A DNA stretch of 64,000 bases from assembly GCA_963703955.1 (NCBI GenBank), contig CAVPGK010000011.1, positions 64,001 to 128,000 on the forward strand, in the 5' to 3' direction. Within the stretch, counting starts at the first letter, position 1. Each line of letters starts with the position of its first letter. This DNA is from Nitrospirota bacterium. GTDB lineage: Bacteria > Nitrospirota > Nitrospiria > Nitrospirales > Nitrospiraceae. The notes beneath the pieces are model-generated. The model saw nothing but the letters and a program-made list of their open reading frames with translations. It made no database searches and was not told the DNA's origin. Both the position numbers and the translations under genes were made by a program. Of the stretch, positions 32,801-42,103 are shown in pieces.

Positions 32801-33459
32801 CTGGCCGATCGATGAACTCCACAGAAACTCAACGCAGTAAGAAGGTATGCATGCTAGGAGCCACGGCTGCTGGCAAGACGTCCCTTGTTAGGCAATATGT
32901 GTATGGAATGTTTGATAAAGAATACAAGACGACTATTGGAGTGAATGTAGAACGGATGGATGTAACTGTGGATGGTCAGGTAGTGAAGCTCACTATGTGG
33001 GACCTTGAGGGGTATGATGATCCTCTCGATGAATATAGAAAGGATTATATACCGGGTGCCCATGGGTATGTGTTAGTGGTAGATGGGACACGCCCAGAGA
33101 CATTGGATGTCGCAAGGAGCCTTCAGCAACTCGCGCAGGACATTCTTGTTGAAGCGGTGCCATTTGTCGTCGTTCTCAATAAGCGCGATTTGGAGGGGAG
33201 ATGGGCGTTGAGCCGAGGGATTTCGAACAAATTGTCTCAAGAAGGATGGACGGCGTACGAGACGAGTGCTAAGACGGGCAAGAATGTCCCCGAGGCCTTT
33301 CAGATTCTAGCCAGAAAAATGCTTGAGATAGATGAGATCAAGGAAAAAGGAGGAGGAGAAACGATGAGAGTCGAAGGGGATAAGAGCATTCAAACAACAA
33401 AGGAACCTGACTTTTCTGATCACGTCAGAGGGATTGGTGATGATATTCTTAGACGGTAG
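32797..33459 (+). CDS. Ras/Rab-like small GTPase
   Basis: G1 GATAAGKTS, G2 YKTTIGV, G3 WDLEG, G4 NKRD, G5 TSAK; ATGA overlap with upstream gene. Confidence 0.93.
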   Translation: MTGRSMNSTETQRSKKVCMLGATAAGKTSLVRQYVYGMFDKEYKTTIGVNVERMDVTVDGQVVKLTMWDLEGYDDPLDEYRKDYIPGAHGYVLVVDGTRPETLDVARSLQQLAQDILVEAVPFVVVLNKRDLEGRWALSRGISNKLSQEGWTAYETSAKTGKNVPEAFQILARKMLEIDEIKEKGGGETMRVEGDKSIQTTKEPDFSDHVRGIGDDILRR

Positions 33460-33641
33460 GCACAACCGTTATCCATGTTCAGAGATCTCCGAGAAGTTAA
33501 TCGTTCAACCGCTGGTCAAGATGAAGTTTGAATTGGGGAATGTCTGTGTTTCTGATCAATCACATGCCCTTAACTGGTCGCTTCAAGGCACGGTGATTCC
33601 TAAGGGTGTGATCTTCTTGGAGTCGACCTGCCGTTCCTGAC

Positions 33642-34460
33642 ATGAATAGCAGCATCTCATATCAGTTGTTCCCAGCCCTAGACACCCTGGTTTTTCGACG
33701 CTCCGAGGAGAACGCAGATTTTCAGCTTATGGGTTCTCCGCCGGATTGGGTTCACTCTCTTAAAGGCCAGCTTTCAGAGCGCTGGGATCCTTCTCAATTC
33801 TTGGAGCAATCTTGTTTTCTGCAGCACTTTTTACGGAGAGCCAAGAGATTTTGGGACGAGAATCAAAGCGGTCAATTGGAATCTGGTCCATGGGAGGAAC
33901 CGACGCTCAAGGGTGAAACATACGATCTAGAAGCGATGGCTCTTGCTATTGGGACGAACAAGGTTCTAGTGATTAGGAAACTAAGCCCGCAGATTCGTTC
34001 CCGTCTTCAAGAAGCCAGGGAAAAGAGTCTCCAGCTACAACGGCAGGGCCTTCTGGAAGAACGATTAAGGGAGAGTGAAAAAGCTCGGGATGATTTACTT
34101 GTTATTTTGGATCAACTGCAGGTGGGCGCATTTTTGACCGATACTAACGGACGGGTAACCTTCATGAATCAATGGGGGCGGCGCGCGTTAGGAAAAACAA
34201 CACTGGAGATCGTTGGTGGACAATGGGATCGAGTGGTTCCCGTCTCGAAAGACGGGCTTGAGGCCCTCATGTCTATGCTTCATCAGCCATCGGCAAGACG
34301 CCAGAGGGTTCCCATTCAATTTAGTCGACAAAATGGATCACGAGTTTTTCTGGAAATCGATGTTCAGGACGACCCTAGGAATTCGCGGCAGAAAATCTTC
34401 TTTCTCTATGATGTGACAGGAGTGCAGTACCTCCGCCGTCCATTGGCAGAACATCTATAG
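33642..34460 (+). CDS. N-terminal sensor-like domain + PAS domain protein without output domain
   Basis: ILDQLQVGAFLTDTNGRVTFMN...LG...EIVG...FLYDVT. Confidence 0.75.
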   Translation: MNSSISYQLFPALDTLVFRRSEENADFQLMGSPPDWVHSLKGQLSERWDPSQFLEQSCFLQHFLRRAKRFWDENQSGQLESGPWEEPTLKGETYDLEAMALAIGTNKVLVIRKLSPQIRSRLQEAREKSLQLQRQGLLEERLRESEKARDDLLVILDQLQVGAFLTDTNGRVTFMNQWGRRALGKTTLEIVGGQWDRVVPVSKDGLEALMSMLHQPSARRQRVPIQFSRQNGSRVFLEIDVQDDPRNSRQKIFFLYDVTGVQYLRRPLAEHL

Positions 34461-34465
34461 TCTTC

Positions 34466-35604
34466 TAGTGTAGTGCGTCATAAATAACTTGACGTATATG
34501 TCCAGACCTCTCTATCTTCTGGAGCATGAGAACCGCGGCCCCTATCCAGCTGTCCCCTATGGAGCGCTCGGCCCTGAGGACATGGGCCCAGGGTCGGCGT
34601 GTCCCCTTTCGCCTGGTGCAGCGAGCGCGGATCGTCCAGTTGGCGGCCGATGGCGTCAGCAATCAGGGAATCGCCCGAACATTGACCATCTCCAGACCCA
34701 CGGTGCAGCTTTGGCGGGAGCGGTTTCTGGCTCTGCGCTTGGCAGGGCTCGAAAAGGATGCGCCACGTCCCGGTCGTCTGCCACGCATCCCCGAACGCAA
34801 AGTGCGGGCCGTCGTCGAGGCGACACTGCACACGACCCCACCGGCTGCGACCCACTGGAGCACCAGGAGTATGGCGAAGGCCCAAGGCCTCAGCGAAGCG
34901 ACGGTGCGGCGGATCTGGAGGCGATACCACCTCAAGCCCCATCTCATCAGGACCTTCAAGCTCAGCCGGGACAAGCAGTTTGTCGAGAAGCTCTACGATG
35001 TCGTGGGGCTCTATCTCAATCCCCCGGACAAGTCCTTGGTCCTGTGCGTCGACGAGAAAAGTCAGGTCCAAGCCCTCGACCGCACCCAGCCGGGCCTTCC
35101 GTTGAAGAAGGGCCGTTGTGGCACGATGACGCACGATTACAAACGCCATGGCACGACCACCTTGTTCGCAGCCCTGAGCATGCTCGACGGCCAGGTGATC
35201 GGCGACTGCATGCCGCGGCATCGACATCAGGAGTTCATTCGCTTCCTCGCAAAGATCGAGGCCGAAACCCCGTCCGAGCTCGCGTTGCATCTGATCGTGG
35301 ACAATTACGGGACGCACAAGCACCCACGGGTGAAAGCTTGGCTCCGGCGGCATCCGCGGGTCCATCTGCACTTTATCCCAACCTCCAGTTCCTGGCTGAA
35401 CCTGGTCGAGCGCTGGTTCCGCGATCTCACCGACAAGCGCATCCGGCGGGGCAGCTTCCAGCATGTGCGGGAATTGATCGCTGCGATCACACAGTACCTG
35501 GACCATCACAATCAGAGCCCCCGGGTATTCGTGTGGACCGCCTCGGTGGGGAATATCTTGACCAAAGTCGCCCAATGTAAAGAAGCGTTAGACGCACTAC
35601 ACTA
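34466..35604 (+). mobile_element. IS630-family insertion sequence, complete
   Basis: 12-bp perfect TIRs GTGTAGTGCGTC (34468-34479)/GACGCACTACAC (35591-35602), TA duplication in CTAG context. Confidence 0.95.
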
Positions 35605-35605
35605 G
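34526..35605 (+). CDS. IS630 transposase
   Basis: HTH, CVDEKSQ, HDYKRHGT, IVDNYGTHK, SWLNLVERWF (DDE). Confidence 0.96.
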   Translation: MRTAAPIQLSPMERSALRTWAQGRRVPFRLVQRARIVQLAADGVSNQGIARTLTISRPTVQLWRERFLALRLAGLEKDAPRPGRLPRIPERKVRAVVEATLHTTPPAATHWSTRSMAKAQGLSEATVRRIWRRYHLKPHLIRTFKLSRDKQFVEKLYDVVGLYLNPPDKSLVLCVDEKSQVQALDRTQPGLPLKKGRCGTMTHDYKRHGTTTLFAALSMLDGQVIGDCMPRHRHQEFIRFLAKIEAETPSELALHLIVDNYGTHKHPRVKAWLRRHPRVHLHFIPTSSSWLNLVERWFRDLTDKRIRRGSFQHVRELIAAITQYLDHHNQSPRVFVWTASVGNILTKVAQCKEALDALH

Positions 35606-35873
35606 ATTCTCCTTAGCAGAGCTTGCTACCTTTGTGTACAAGAAGAGAGCCTCCATAGTCAGGCGACCGTCCTCATTAGGGATCAAGTTGCCAAGTTACA
35701 AAAATAAGGTTTATTACAGCTATTGCTCGGGACAGAACACCATAGAGCGTCCAAACGATAAAAAAACGACCTGTCTTCATCAGTTATAGCCATAAGGATG
35801 AACGCTGGAAAACCCTTTTGGTGACGCATCTCGATGTGCCTCAAAAGCAAGGGCACTTTATTCTAAATGGGTG

Positions 35874-36617
35874 CTACAGCCCTTCGCCGCTGGTTCCTCC
35901 CCCGAACCCCCCGAAGTTTCCGCTAAATCCGCCCTGGCCGCTTCCCCAAAATTCGTCGCGATGGAGTCGCTGAAACGGATGGCGAAGGTCGGGACGGCTG
36001 ATCCACCACAAGAACGCCAAAGCTCCGGCCCCGGTGAAGAGCGTGAGCACGATGCCCACGCCTTTCAGATGAGATCGCGGCGGGTCCCCCACCCGAATCT
36101 GCTGCATAACGGACGCGAAAGAGACGGTTGCCCGATAGAGTCCCTCGCCGTAATGGCCGGCGCGGAACGCCGGCTGAATGTACAGGCGACCGATATCCTC
36201 AACCGCTTGCGGGGTCACAACCGCGGTCAACCCTCGTCCCACGGACACGGCAGCTTGGCGGTTGTCGAGAACCGCTAGGATCAGCATGCCGTGATCGCGC
36301 GACGCCGTGCCCACCCCCCAGCGTTCATAGATGGCTGTCGCATATTCATTAGCAGTCTTGTAGGGGGCCACGGAATGAACTGCGACCACCACCATTTCTA
36401 CGCCGGTTTTGCGTTCGAGATCCTGACAGACGGATCGGATGCGATCTCTCCAATCCGGTTCTACCTTGCCCGCAAAATCGCTCACATAACCCAGCGGTTC
36501 CGGCAATGGGCGTCGATCCGGGCCGGTGCTTTCGGCCGCTAGCGGCAGAAGCACGCATGCCGATACGATGAGGCAGCGGACAGAGCGAAGGCCACAGTTG
36601 GAATCGACGCGCCTCAC
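35874..36617 (-). CDS. TPM (DUF477) domain protein
   Basis: GYVSDFAG, WGVG...DHGMLIL, Gly-rich tail. Confidence 0.85.
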   Translation of the reverse strand: MRRVDSNCGLRSVRCLIVSACVLLPLAAESTGPDRRPLPEPLGYVSDFAGKVEPDWRDRIRSVCQDLERKTGVEMVVVAVHSVAPYKTANEYATAIYERWGVGTASRDHGMLILAVLDNRQAAVSVGRGLTAVVTPQAVEDIGRLYIQPAFRAGHYGEGLYRATVSFASVMQQIRVGDPPRSHLKGVGIVLTLFTGAGALAFLWWISRPDLRHPFQRLHRDEFWGSGQGGFSGNFGGFGGGTSGEGL

Positions 36618-37384
36618 GGATGTTTCGCCGTGCTCGGGTGAGTACTCCATTCGGAGAGCGTCTGCAAACACGCAACGTAGCGTTCAAACAGTCGAGGCAT
36701 TTCGACCGGTCCTGGAGTCACCACACCTCGTTTCAAGTTCCACACCTCTTGAAGGACGGTTGCATCGATCCCAAAGCGTGCCGGAAGGTCTTTGAGTAAA
36801 GCATCCGTCGAGGGAGGTATCTGCAGTTCCCTCACACGATACTGCCCCCGCAGACTAGGAAGCAAGGTTGTCAAGGAAAGGGGAAGCAAGATGGCGAGGG
36901 CCTCAGACTTCGCTGCACCTTCCACAAAGCGCTGTCGGAGCCTCATGAGATTGCCCATGATCTCCTGTCCGCATTGTGCGGCCAGGTTTCCCCTGTCGAT
37001 TCGAAGAGACGGAAACGGGTCGTGCCCTACCAACAGTACGTGGGACTCTTGAATCTCCACGCACTCTAGTGGAAAGAACTTCTGTGAATTCTCGATTTCA
37101 TTCTCTGTCAGAAAGAGCGGGACAACCAATTTTTCCGAAGCCCAGCGCCGGTGGGTCTTTGCGTATCGTTGGAGCAGATCCAGATCGTGCTGCCCAAGTA
37201 GGAACACCAGGTTGAGATTGGATCTCCCCTCGAGAAATTCTCCTCGGGCTGCGCTTCCGTAAAGGATCACTCCTTCCAAAGCGGCGCCGAAGACACTGGT
37301 GACTTCTTTCACATACTTGCGAAGCGTCTCACGGACGTCCTCTGGAAGATCAGGGGGAATCCGTTCGCTCAGTCGAATGGTCAT
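36614..37384 (-). CDS. Nucleotidyltransferase-fold protein
   Basis: VILYGSAARGEF...SNLNL (canonical DxD reads NxN). Confidence 0.75.
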   Translation of the reverse strand: MTIRLSERIPPDLPEDVRETLRKYVKEVTSVFGAALEGVILYGSAARGEFLEGRSNLNLVFLLGQHDLDLLQRYAKTHRRWASEKLVVPLFLTENEIENSQKFFPLECVEIQESHVLLVGHDPFPSLRIDRGNLAAQCGQEIMGNLMRLRQRFVEGAAKSEALAILLPLSLTTLLPSLRGQYRVRELQIPPSTDALLKDLPARFGIDATVLQEVWNLKRGVVTPGPVEMPRLFERYVACLQTLSEWSTHPSTAKHP

Positions 37385-37390
37385 GAAAGT

Positions 37391-38752
37391 TCAACCGGGT
37401 TGGATCACCGCTTCAGGAGGCAAGCGATCGGCATGCAGGTCCGGCAATAGCCCCGCGGCGATGAAGCGGTCGACCAATCGGAATGGGGGCTGGGCTCGAA
37501 GCCCCGCCGTGGCCGACAACACCTGATAACGGAGTCGCCGGTTTCGGTCGAGCGTCTTGAACACGCGGTCTCGCAGGTAGCCGACGAGGGGATTGGCGGT
37601 ATTCCAGAAAAGGGCTTGTTCATCCGCGAGCCGCTGCAACATCTCCACATGAGGCCTGCGGGCCCGTTCGAACGACGCCAGCGCGGATGCGGAACAATCG
37701 TTGCGTTCCAAGCAGGTCGGGATCAGATCCGCAAGGGCGATCGCGTCAACCATCGCCTGCATGCGACCTTGCGAGGCGTGCGGATTCATTGCGTGGGCGG
37801 CATCGCCGATCAACGCTGCGCCGTCCGCAACCCAGGTGTCCGTGTGGACCCTGCCCGTCGGCATATAAGCTGTCTGGCTCCAGTCAACGAGATTTTCGAA
37901 CGTCGAGGCAAGATCGGGAACAATTTTCGCCCATTGCTCCCGTAAGACCGCGAGTCCGGCAGCCTTCACCCGGGGCATGGAGTCGGCCGGGATCATGTAA
38001 AACAGGTACACCTTTCGTCCGGCCGTAGGAAAGATACCGAGGATGGTACGACGGCCGACGAAGTACCGGGCCTCCGTCCTTTCATTCTGGCCCTCGAGGA
38101 TGGCGATCAGGTAGGCTTCCGGATATCGGTGCAGGCGAGTGGGAATGCGAAGCGCGTCACGAACCTTCGACAGCGCGCCGTCAGCGCCCACGACGACCTT
38201 CGCCGAAATGGTCATCTGACGGCCGGCCTGTGCAGCCTCCACGCCGACAACCCGATTGCCTTCCCGCAAGACTTTCTTGAACTCGGCTCCATAACGAAGC
38301 GCGCCGGGCGCCTGATCGTCCAGAGCCTTGAGGATGACGTGATGCGCCGCGTTGGGCAGTGTGACGATCGCGCGGTTGTATGGCGGCGGTAACATCCCAT
38401 AATCGACGGTGCACAAACGATTGGACCCACTCATGCCAGGCGTTATATCACCCACCCGCTTTGAACTGGCTGTGACCAGTCTTGTTCCCATGTGACCCGC
38501 CTCTGCTCCACCCGCGCGACAAAAGTGAAAATGCCGGACGGGCCGCACGGCGTCGGCGGGAAGTTTTCCAAGGATCCCCAAACGGTCCAAGACCTGCTGC
38601 CCGTTCGGCTGCAGGATCTCGCCGCGCAAGCCGGTGGGAGGCCCCGGAGCCTGTTCGAGGACAACGACGCTGACACCCTTTTGAGCCAGCGCGAGGCCGA
38701 GCACCGCGCCTCCACCTCCAGCTCCGACAATGACGACATCGGTATGTTCCAT
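37391..38752 (-). CDS. FAD-dependent monooxygenase (UbiH/FAD_binding_3-like) with ~28-aa insert
   Basis: VIVGAGGGG, VVGADG..SKVR, LIGDAAHAMNP..SQG. Confidence 0.9.
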   Translation of the reverse strand: MEHTDVVIVGAGGGGAVLGLALAQKGVSVVVLEQAPGPPTGLRGEILQPNGQQVLDRLGILGKLPADAVRPVRHFHFCRAGGAEAGHMGTRLVTASSKRVGDITPGMSGSNRLCTVDYGMLPPPYNRAIVTLPNAAHHVILKALDDQAPGALRYGAEFKKVLREGNRVVGVEAAQAGRQMTISAKVVVGADGALSKVRDALRIPTRLHRYPEAYLIAILEGQNERTEARYFVGRRTILGIFPTAGRKVYLFYMIPADSMPRVKAAGLAVLREQWAKIVPDLASTFENLVDWSQTAYMPTGRVHTDTWVADGAALIGDAAHAMNPHASQGRMQAMVDAIALADLIPTCLERNDCSASALASFERARRPHVEMLQRLADEQALFWNTANPLVGYLRDRVFKTLDRNRRLRYQVLSATAGLRAQPPFRLVDRFIAAGLLPDLHADRLPPEAVIQPG

Positions 38753-38768
38753 CAGCGCAGCCCCATGG

Positions 38769-39308
38769 TCATTGCCATGTCTGGTATCGGACCTGATCTC
38801 GCCACATCAATAAGAATTTGTCGCGCGCTTTGGCGCTGGTCACGGGATCGGTGATGACATCCAAGCGTTCGTCGTTATAGCGATGCCCGCTCGTGGTGAG
38901 GTTCATAGAGCCGGACGTGTTGATCACGTCATCGATGACGACCTGCTTCATGTGCATGAGGCCTTCGTGTTGGTTGACCCGGATAGGAATACCCGCTAAT
39001 CGCAACGTGCTCAACGCAGCCAGTTGCTTGGGATCGTTTAATTTCTCTCGGTCTGTGATGATGCGCACATCGATCCCGCGCTTCTTCGCTGATACCAACG
39101 CCTTCACGGCCGGCGGAAACGTAATCCCGTAGATGGCGACGAAGATATATCGACGGGCTCCGTCATAAATCGACACCAGTTTGTCACCTGGCAGATCGTC
39201 CGGGGCATAATAAATCTCGATGGTCCCGGCTTCGGTCGCCGGCACGACCCAACCGAGACCGACGACACAACACAGCACCAATATGCCACGCGCAACCATG
39301 AGCGCCAT
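38769..39308 (-). CDS. Secreted single-HKD phospholipase D/Nuc-like protein
   Basis: Signal peptide, MHMKQVVID...SGSMNLT. Confidence 0.85.
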   Translation of the reverse strand: MALMVARGILVLCCVVGLGWVVPATEAGTIEIYYAPDDLPGDKLVSIYDGARRYIFVAIYGITFPPAVKALVSAKKRGIDVRIITDREKLNDPKQLAALSTLRLAGIPIRVNQHEGLMHMKQVVIDDVINTSGSMNLTTSGHRYNDERLDVITDPVTSAKARDKFLLMWRDQVRYQTWQ

Positions 39309-39319
39309 CCCAAATCGTC

Positions 39320-39697
39320 CTAGTCGGCCTCGAACACCGCCTTAAAATGATCCTCAGCGGCATCCCACGCCTGCGGAGAGGTTTTACTCAGCCAGTCACG
39401 AAGGTACGCTTTCTGGCCAGGAGTCAGAATCTGTTTGATCTGATGGGAGCGGCCTTGCATGGGCTGAAGAAATCCCGCGCGTTTGTTGAAATCCAGTGTG
39501 GCGGTTCTGACATAGATATTGGTGTACGCGGTCGGGGTTCCTTGCGTTTCATCCCCTTGAATCCAGACCGAGATGAACTTTTCCAGCTTCAACCCTTCGC
39601 TGTCCAGGGCCGGATCGGTGTCATGAAACAATTCGTTTTCCGATTGCGGCAAGGGCGCGTTATCCTGAAACCGAAACATGAAATTCTGATTCCACAT
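39320..39697 (-). CDS. Hypothetical protein
   Basis: AAGGA RBS, clean ORF. Confidence 0.7.
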   Translation of the reverse strand: MWNQNFMFRFQDNAPLPQSENELFHDTDPALDSEGLKLEKFISVWIQGDETQGTPTAYTNIYVRTATLDFNKRAGFLQPMQGRSHQIKQILTPGQKAYLRDWLSKTSPQAWDAAEDHFKAVFEAD

Positions 39698-39885
39698 GGT
39701 CGTCCTTAGATGAAACTGACGGTCAGCAGGGGTACGGTGGTTGGAACGCGTTCCGGCTCAGTCTTGCGCAAGGAGTCGGCATACTGGAGGGGAAGCACGG
39801 GCAATGTCAAGAGCCTGAGAATCTGAGAAGTGTCGGTGTCAAAGAGGTTCCCAATTAGTGTGACATCGAACACTCGAGCCATCTT

Positions 39886-39915
39886 CTTGACAAGGTCGAG
39901 CGCAGTTTGTTAGCG
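39886..39915 (+). promoter_or_regulatory. sigma70-like promoter of the sulfur-carrier operon
   Basis: TTGACA at 39886 with downstream TGTTAGCGT (extended -10-like). Confidence 0.45.
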
Positions 39916-39957
39916 TTTAGAATTCTCGTTTCCGAAAGCATACTTAGGGAGACCTCG

Positions 39958-40158
39958 ATGGTCGTGAAAATCAATGGAAAGCCCGAGGAGGTCCACGGGG
40001 CGACCGTCCTTGATCTCCTCAGCGCGAAGAGCATCGATCCGCACATGGTGGCGGTCGAATTGAACTCGAAAATGGTGGAGCGTGACCATCTTGCGACCAC
40101 CGCGGTGAAGGAGGGCGACCAGTTGGAATTTCTCTTCTACATGGGGGGTGGCGGGTGA
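39958..40158 (+). CDS. thiS: ThiS-like sulfur carrier
   Basis: KING...VAVELN...EGDQLEFLFYMGGGG. Confidence 0.88.
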   Translation: MVVKINGKPEEVHGATVLDLLSAKSIDPHMVAVELNSKMVERDHLATTAVKEGDQLEFLFYMGGGG

Positions 40159-41084
40159 CCGCATCGGCCCACAAGGAAATTACGGAGCTCATCGGCGGCA
40201 CACCCCTGGTCCGCTTGAACCGACTATCCAAAGACGGATCGGCGACGATTCATGCGAAGGTCGAATCGTTCAACCCCGGCGGGAGCGTCAAAGATCGGAT
40301 CTGCCTGAACATGATCAATGAGGCGGAGCGCCAGGGTCGCCTCAAACCCGGCGGCACCATCGTGGAACCCACCAGCGGCAACACGGGGATCGGCCTTGCG
40401 TTGGTGGCGGCCGTTCGCGGATACAAATTGATCCTGGTCATGCCCGAAAGCATGAGCATGGAACGCGCGAGTTTGCTCTCCTCCTACGGCGCGCAGTTGG
40501 TGTTAACTGCGGCATGGGAAGGGATGAAAGGCTCGATCAAAGAGGCCGAGAGCATTGTCGCCCAGAACCCATCGTATTTTATGCCCGATCAGTTCTCAAA
40601 CCCAGCCAATCCGGCCATCCACAGACAGACCACGGCAGTGGAGATTTGGGAAGCGCTGAATGGCAAGATCGACGCCTTCGTCGCGGCGGTTGGGACAGGC
40701 GGAACGATTACCGGCTGCGGAGAGGTCTTTAAGGAACGCAATCCCCACGTCAAGGTTATTGCGGTTGAACCCGCCGGCTCGCCGGTTCTCTCCGGCGGAG
40801 ACCCCGGCCCGCACAAGATTCAGGGCATCGGCGCCGGGTTCATTCCAAAGGTTTTGAATCGGTCGATCCTCGACCGAGTGATGACGGTGACCGACGACGA
40901 GGCTTATCAGACTTCGAAGCTGCTGGCCAAGAAGGAAGGACTTCTGGTCGGTATTTCTGCGGGCGCCAATGTGTTTGCCGCCCAGAAGGTGGCGGAGGAA
41001 CTCGGACCCGGGAAGAATGTGGTCACGATCCTCTGTGACACCGGCGAACGGTATATTAGCATCGAGAAGTATTTTAATATCTAG
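40155..41084 (+). CDS. cysK: Cysteine synthase A
   Basis: NPGGSVKDR, EPTSGNTG, GTGGT, HKIQGIGAGF, DTGERY. Confidence 0.95.
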   Translation: MTASAHKEITELIGGTPLVRLNRLSKDGSATIHAKVESFNPGGSVKDRICLNMINEAERQGRLKPGGTIVEPTSGNTGIGLALVAAVRGYKLILVMPESMSMERASLLSSYGAQLVLTAAWEGMKGSIKEAESIVAQNPSYFMPDQFSNPANPAIHRQTTAVEIWEALNGKIDAFVAAVGTGGTITGCGEVFKERNPHVKVIAVEPAGSPVLSGGDPGPHKIQGIGAGFIPKVLNRSILDRVMTVTDDEAYQTSKLLAKKEGLLVGISAGANVFAAQKVAEELGPGKNVVTILCDTGERYISIEKYFNI

Positions 41085-41250
41085 GGCTGCTGAAAATGGC
41101 CCCCAACTTCGTTCTCGGCTCGAAAGAATCCTCAACGTACCCCAGAGGGTACGCCTCCGGTTTTTTCTCGCCTGCGGCCTTGCTCGGGAAGAGGTGCGTC
41201 TCGGCGCGCCTGGGGAGGCGGGTGTGATTGCTGGCCATTTTGACCAGCCT
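41084..41250 (+). repeat. MITE-like element with 18-bp imperfect TIRs
   Basis: GGGCTGCTGAAAATGGCC ... GGCCATTTTGACCAGCCT (15/18 complementary); homologous to 23872 and 53246 copies. Confidence 0.8.
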
Positions 41251-41278
41251 CTTTGCTTGCAAACAGACACCTACTGAA

Positions 41279-42103
41279 ATGGAATTTACGGACGACCAGA
41301 TCACCCGCTACAGCCGGCACATCCTGCTGCCCGAAGTCGGCGGTAAGGGGCAGAAAAAGATTGCCCAGGCGAGAATCTTAATCGTAGGCGCCGGCGGCCT
41401 GGGCTCGCCTGCGGCATTATATTTGGCGGCGGCAGGTGTCGGCACGATCGGCCTTATCGACAGCGACGTGGTGGACCTCTCGAATCTCCAGCGCCAGGTT
41501 ATCCACCACACACCGGATCTGGGGCGTCCCAAAGTGGTGTCTGCTCAGGAGAAGATTGCCGCGATCAATCCCGACGTCAACGTGGTGATGCACCCGGATC
41601 GCCTGGTCGCCGACAATGCCTTGGATATCATCCGTGGATATGACGTCGTCATCGACGGCGTCGATAACTTCCCTGCAAAATTCTTGATCAACGATGCCTG
41701 TTTCTTTGCGGACAAGCCGTTGGTGCACGGAGGGATCCTTCGTTTTGACGGACGAGTCATGACGATTGTTCCAAAACGGTCGGCCTGCTATCGATGTGTC
41801 TTCAAGAACCCGCCGCCTCCCGGTCTGGTTGCGAGTTGCCAGGAAGCCGGGGTGATCGGCGTGCTCGCCGGCATCATCGGAACCATTCAGGCGACGGAAG
41901 CGCTCAAGCTTGTCTTGAAGATCGGTCAGCCGTTGACCGACCGCATGCTCGACTTCGACGCTAGGCGGACAGTCTTTCGGGAGATCAAGACCAGGCGGAA
42001 TGCACGCTGCCCGTTGTGCGGAGACGCTCCGACGATTACGGAACTGTTTGACCACGAGCCTGAGTCGTGCGACCTGAAGCCTGCAGCGGCCGCTCAGGAC
42101 TGA
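41279..42103 (+). CDS. moeB: MoeB/ThiF E1-like adenylyltransferase 1
   Basis: RYSRHILL, GAGGLG, SNLQRQ, CYRC, SCQEAG, CPLC; no rhodanese domain. Confidence 0.9.
   Translation: MEFTDDQITRYSRHILLPEVGGKGQKKIAQARILIVGAGGLGSPAALYLAAAGVGTIGLIDSDVVDLSNLQRQVIHHTPDLGRPKVVSAQEKIAAINPDVNVVMHPDRLVADNALDIIRGYDVVIDGVDNFPAKFLINDACFFADKPLVHGGILRFDGRVMTIVPKRSACYRCVFKNPPPPGLVASCQEAGVIGVLAGIIGTIQATEALKLVLKIGQPLTDRMLDFDARRTVFREIKTRRNARCPLCGDAPTITELFDHEPESCDLKPAAAAQD

Noticed and set aside
34478..35580. Long overlapping ORFs (363 aa +, 365 aa -) across the IS630
   Set aside because: Shadow frames of the GC-rich transposase gene, no recognisable motifs
29980..35873. Precise att or direct-repeat boundaries for the GTPase module
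   Set aside because: No convincing flanking repeat, tRNA or integrase; horizontal origin rests only on composition and the adjacent IS
38769..39308. PLD nuclease as an anti-phage defence gene
   Set aside because: Has a signal peptide and no defence-system neighbours
39859..39875. CRP/FNR-like box TGTGACATCGAACACT
   Set aside because: Only one good half-site; cannot be supported
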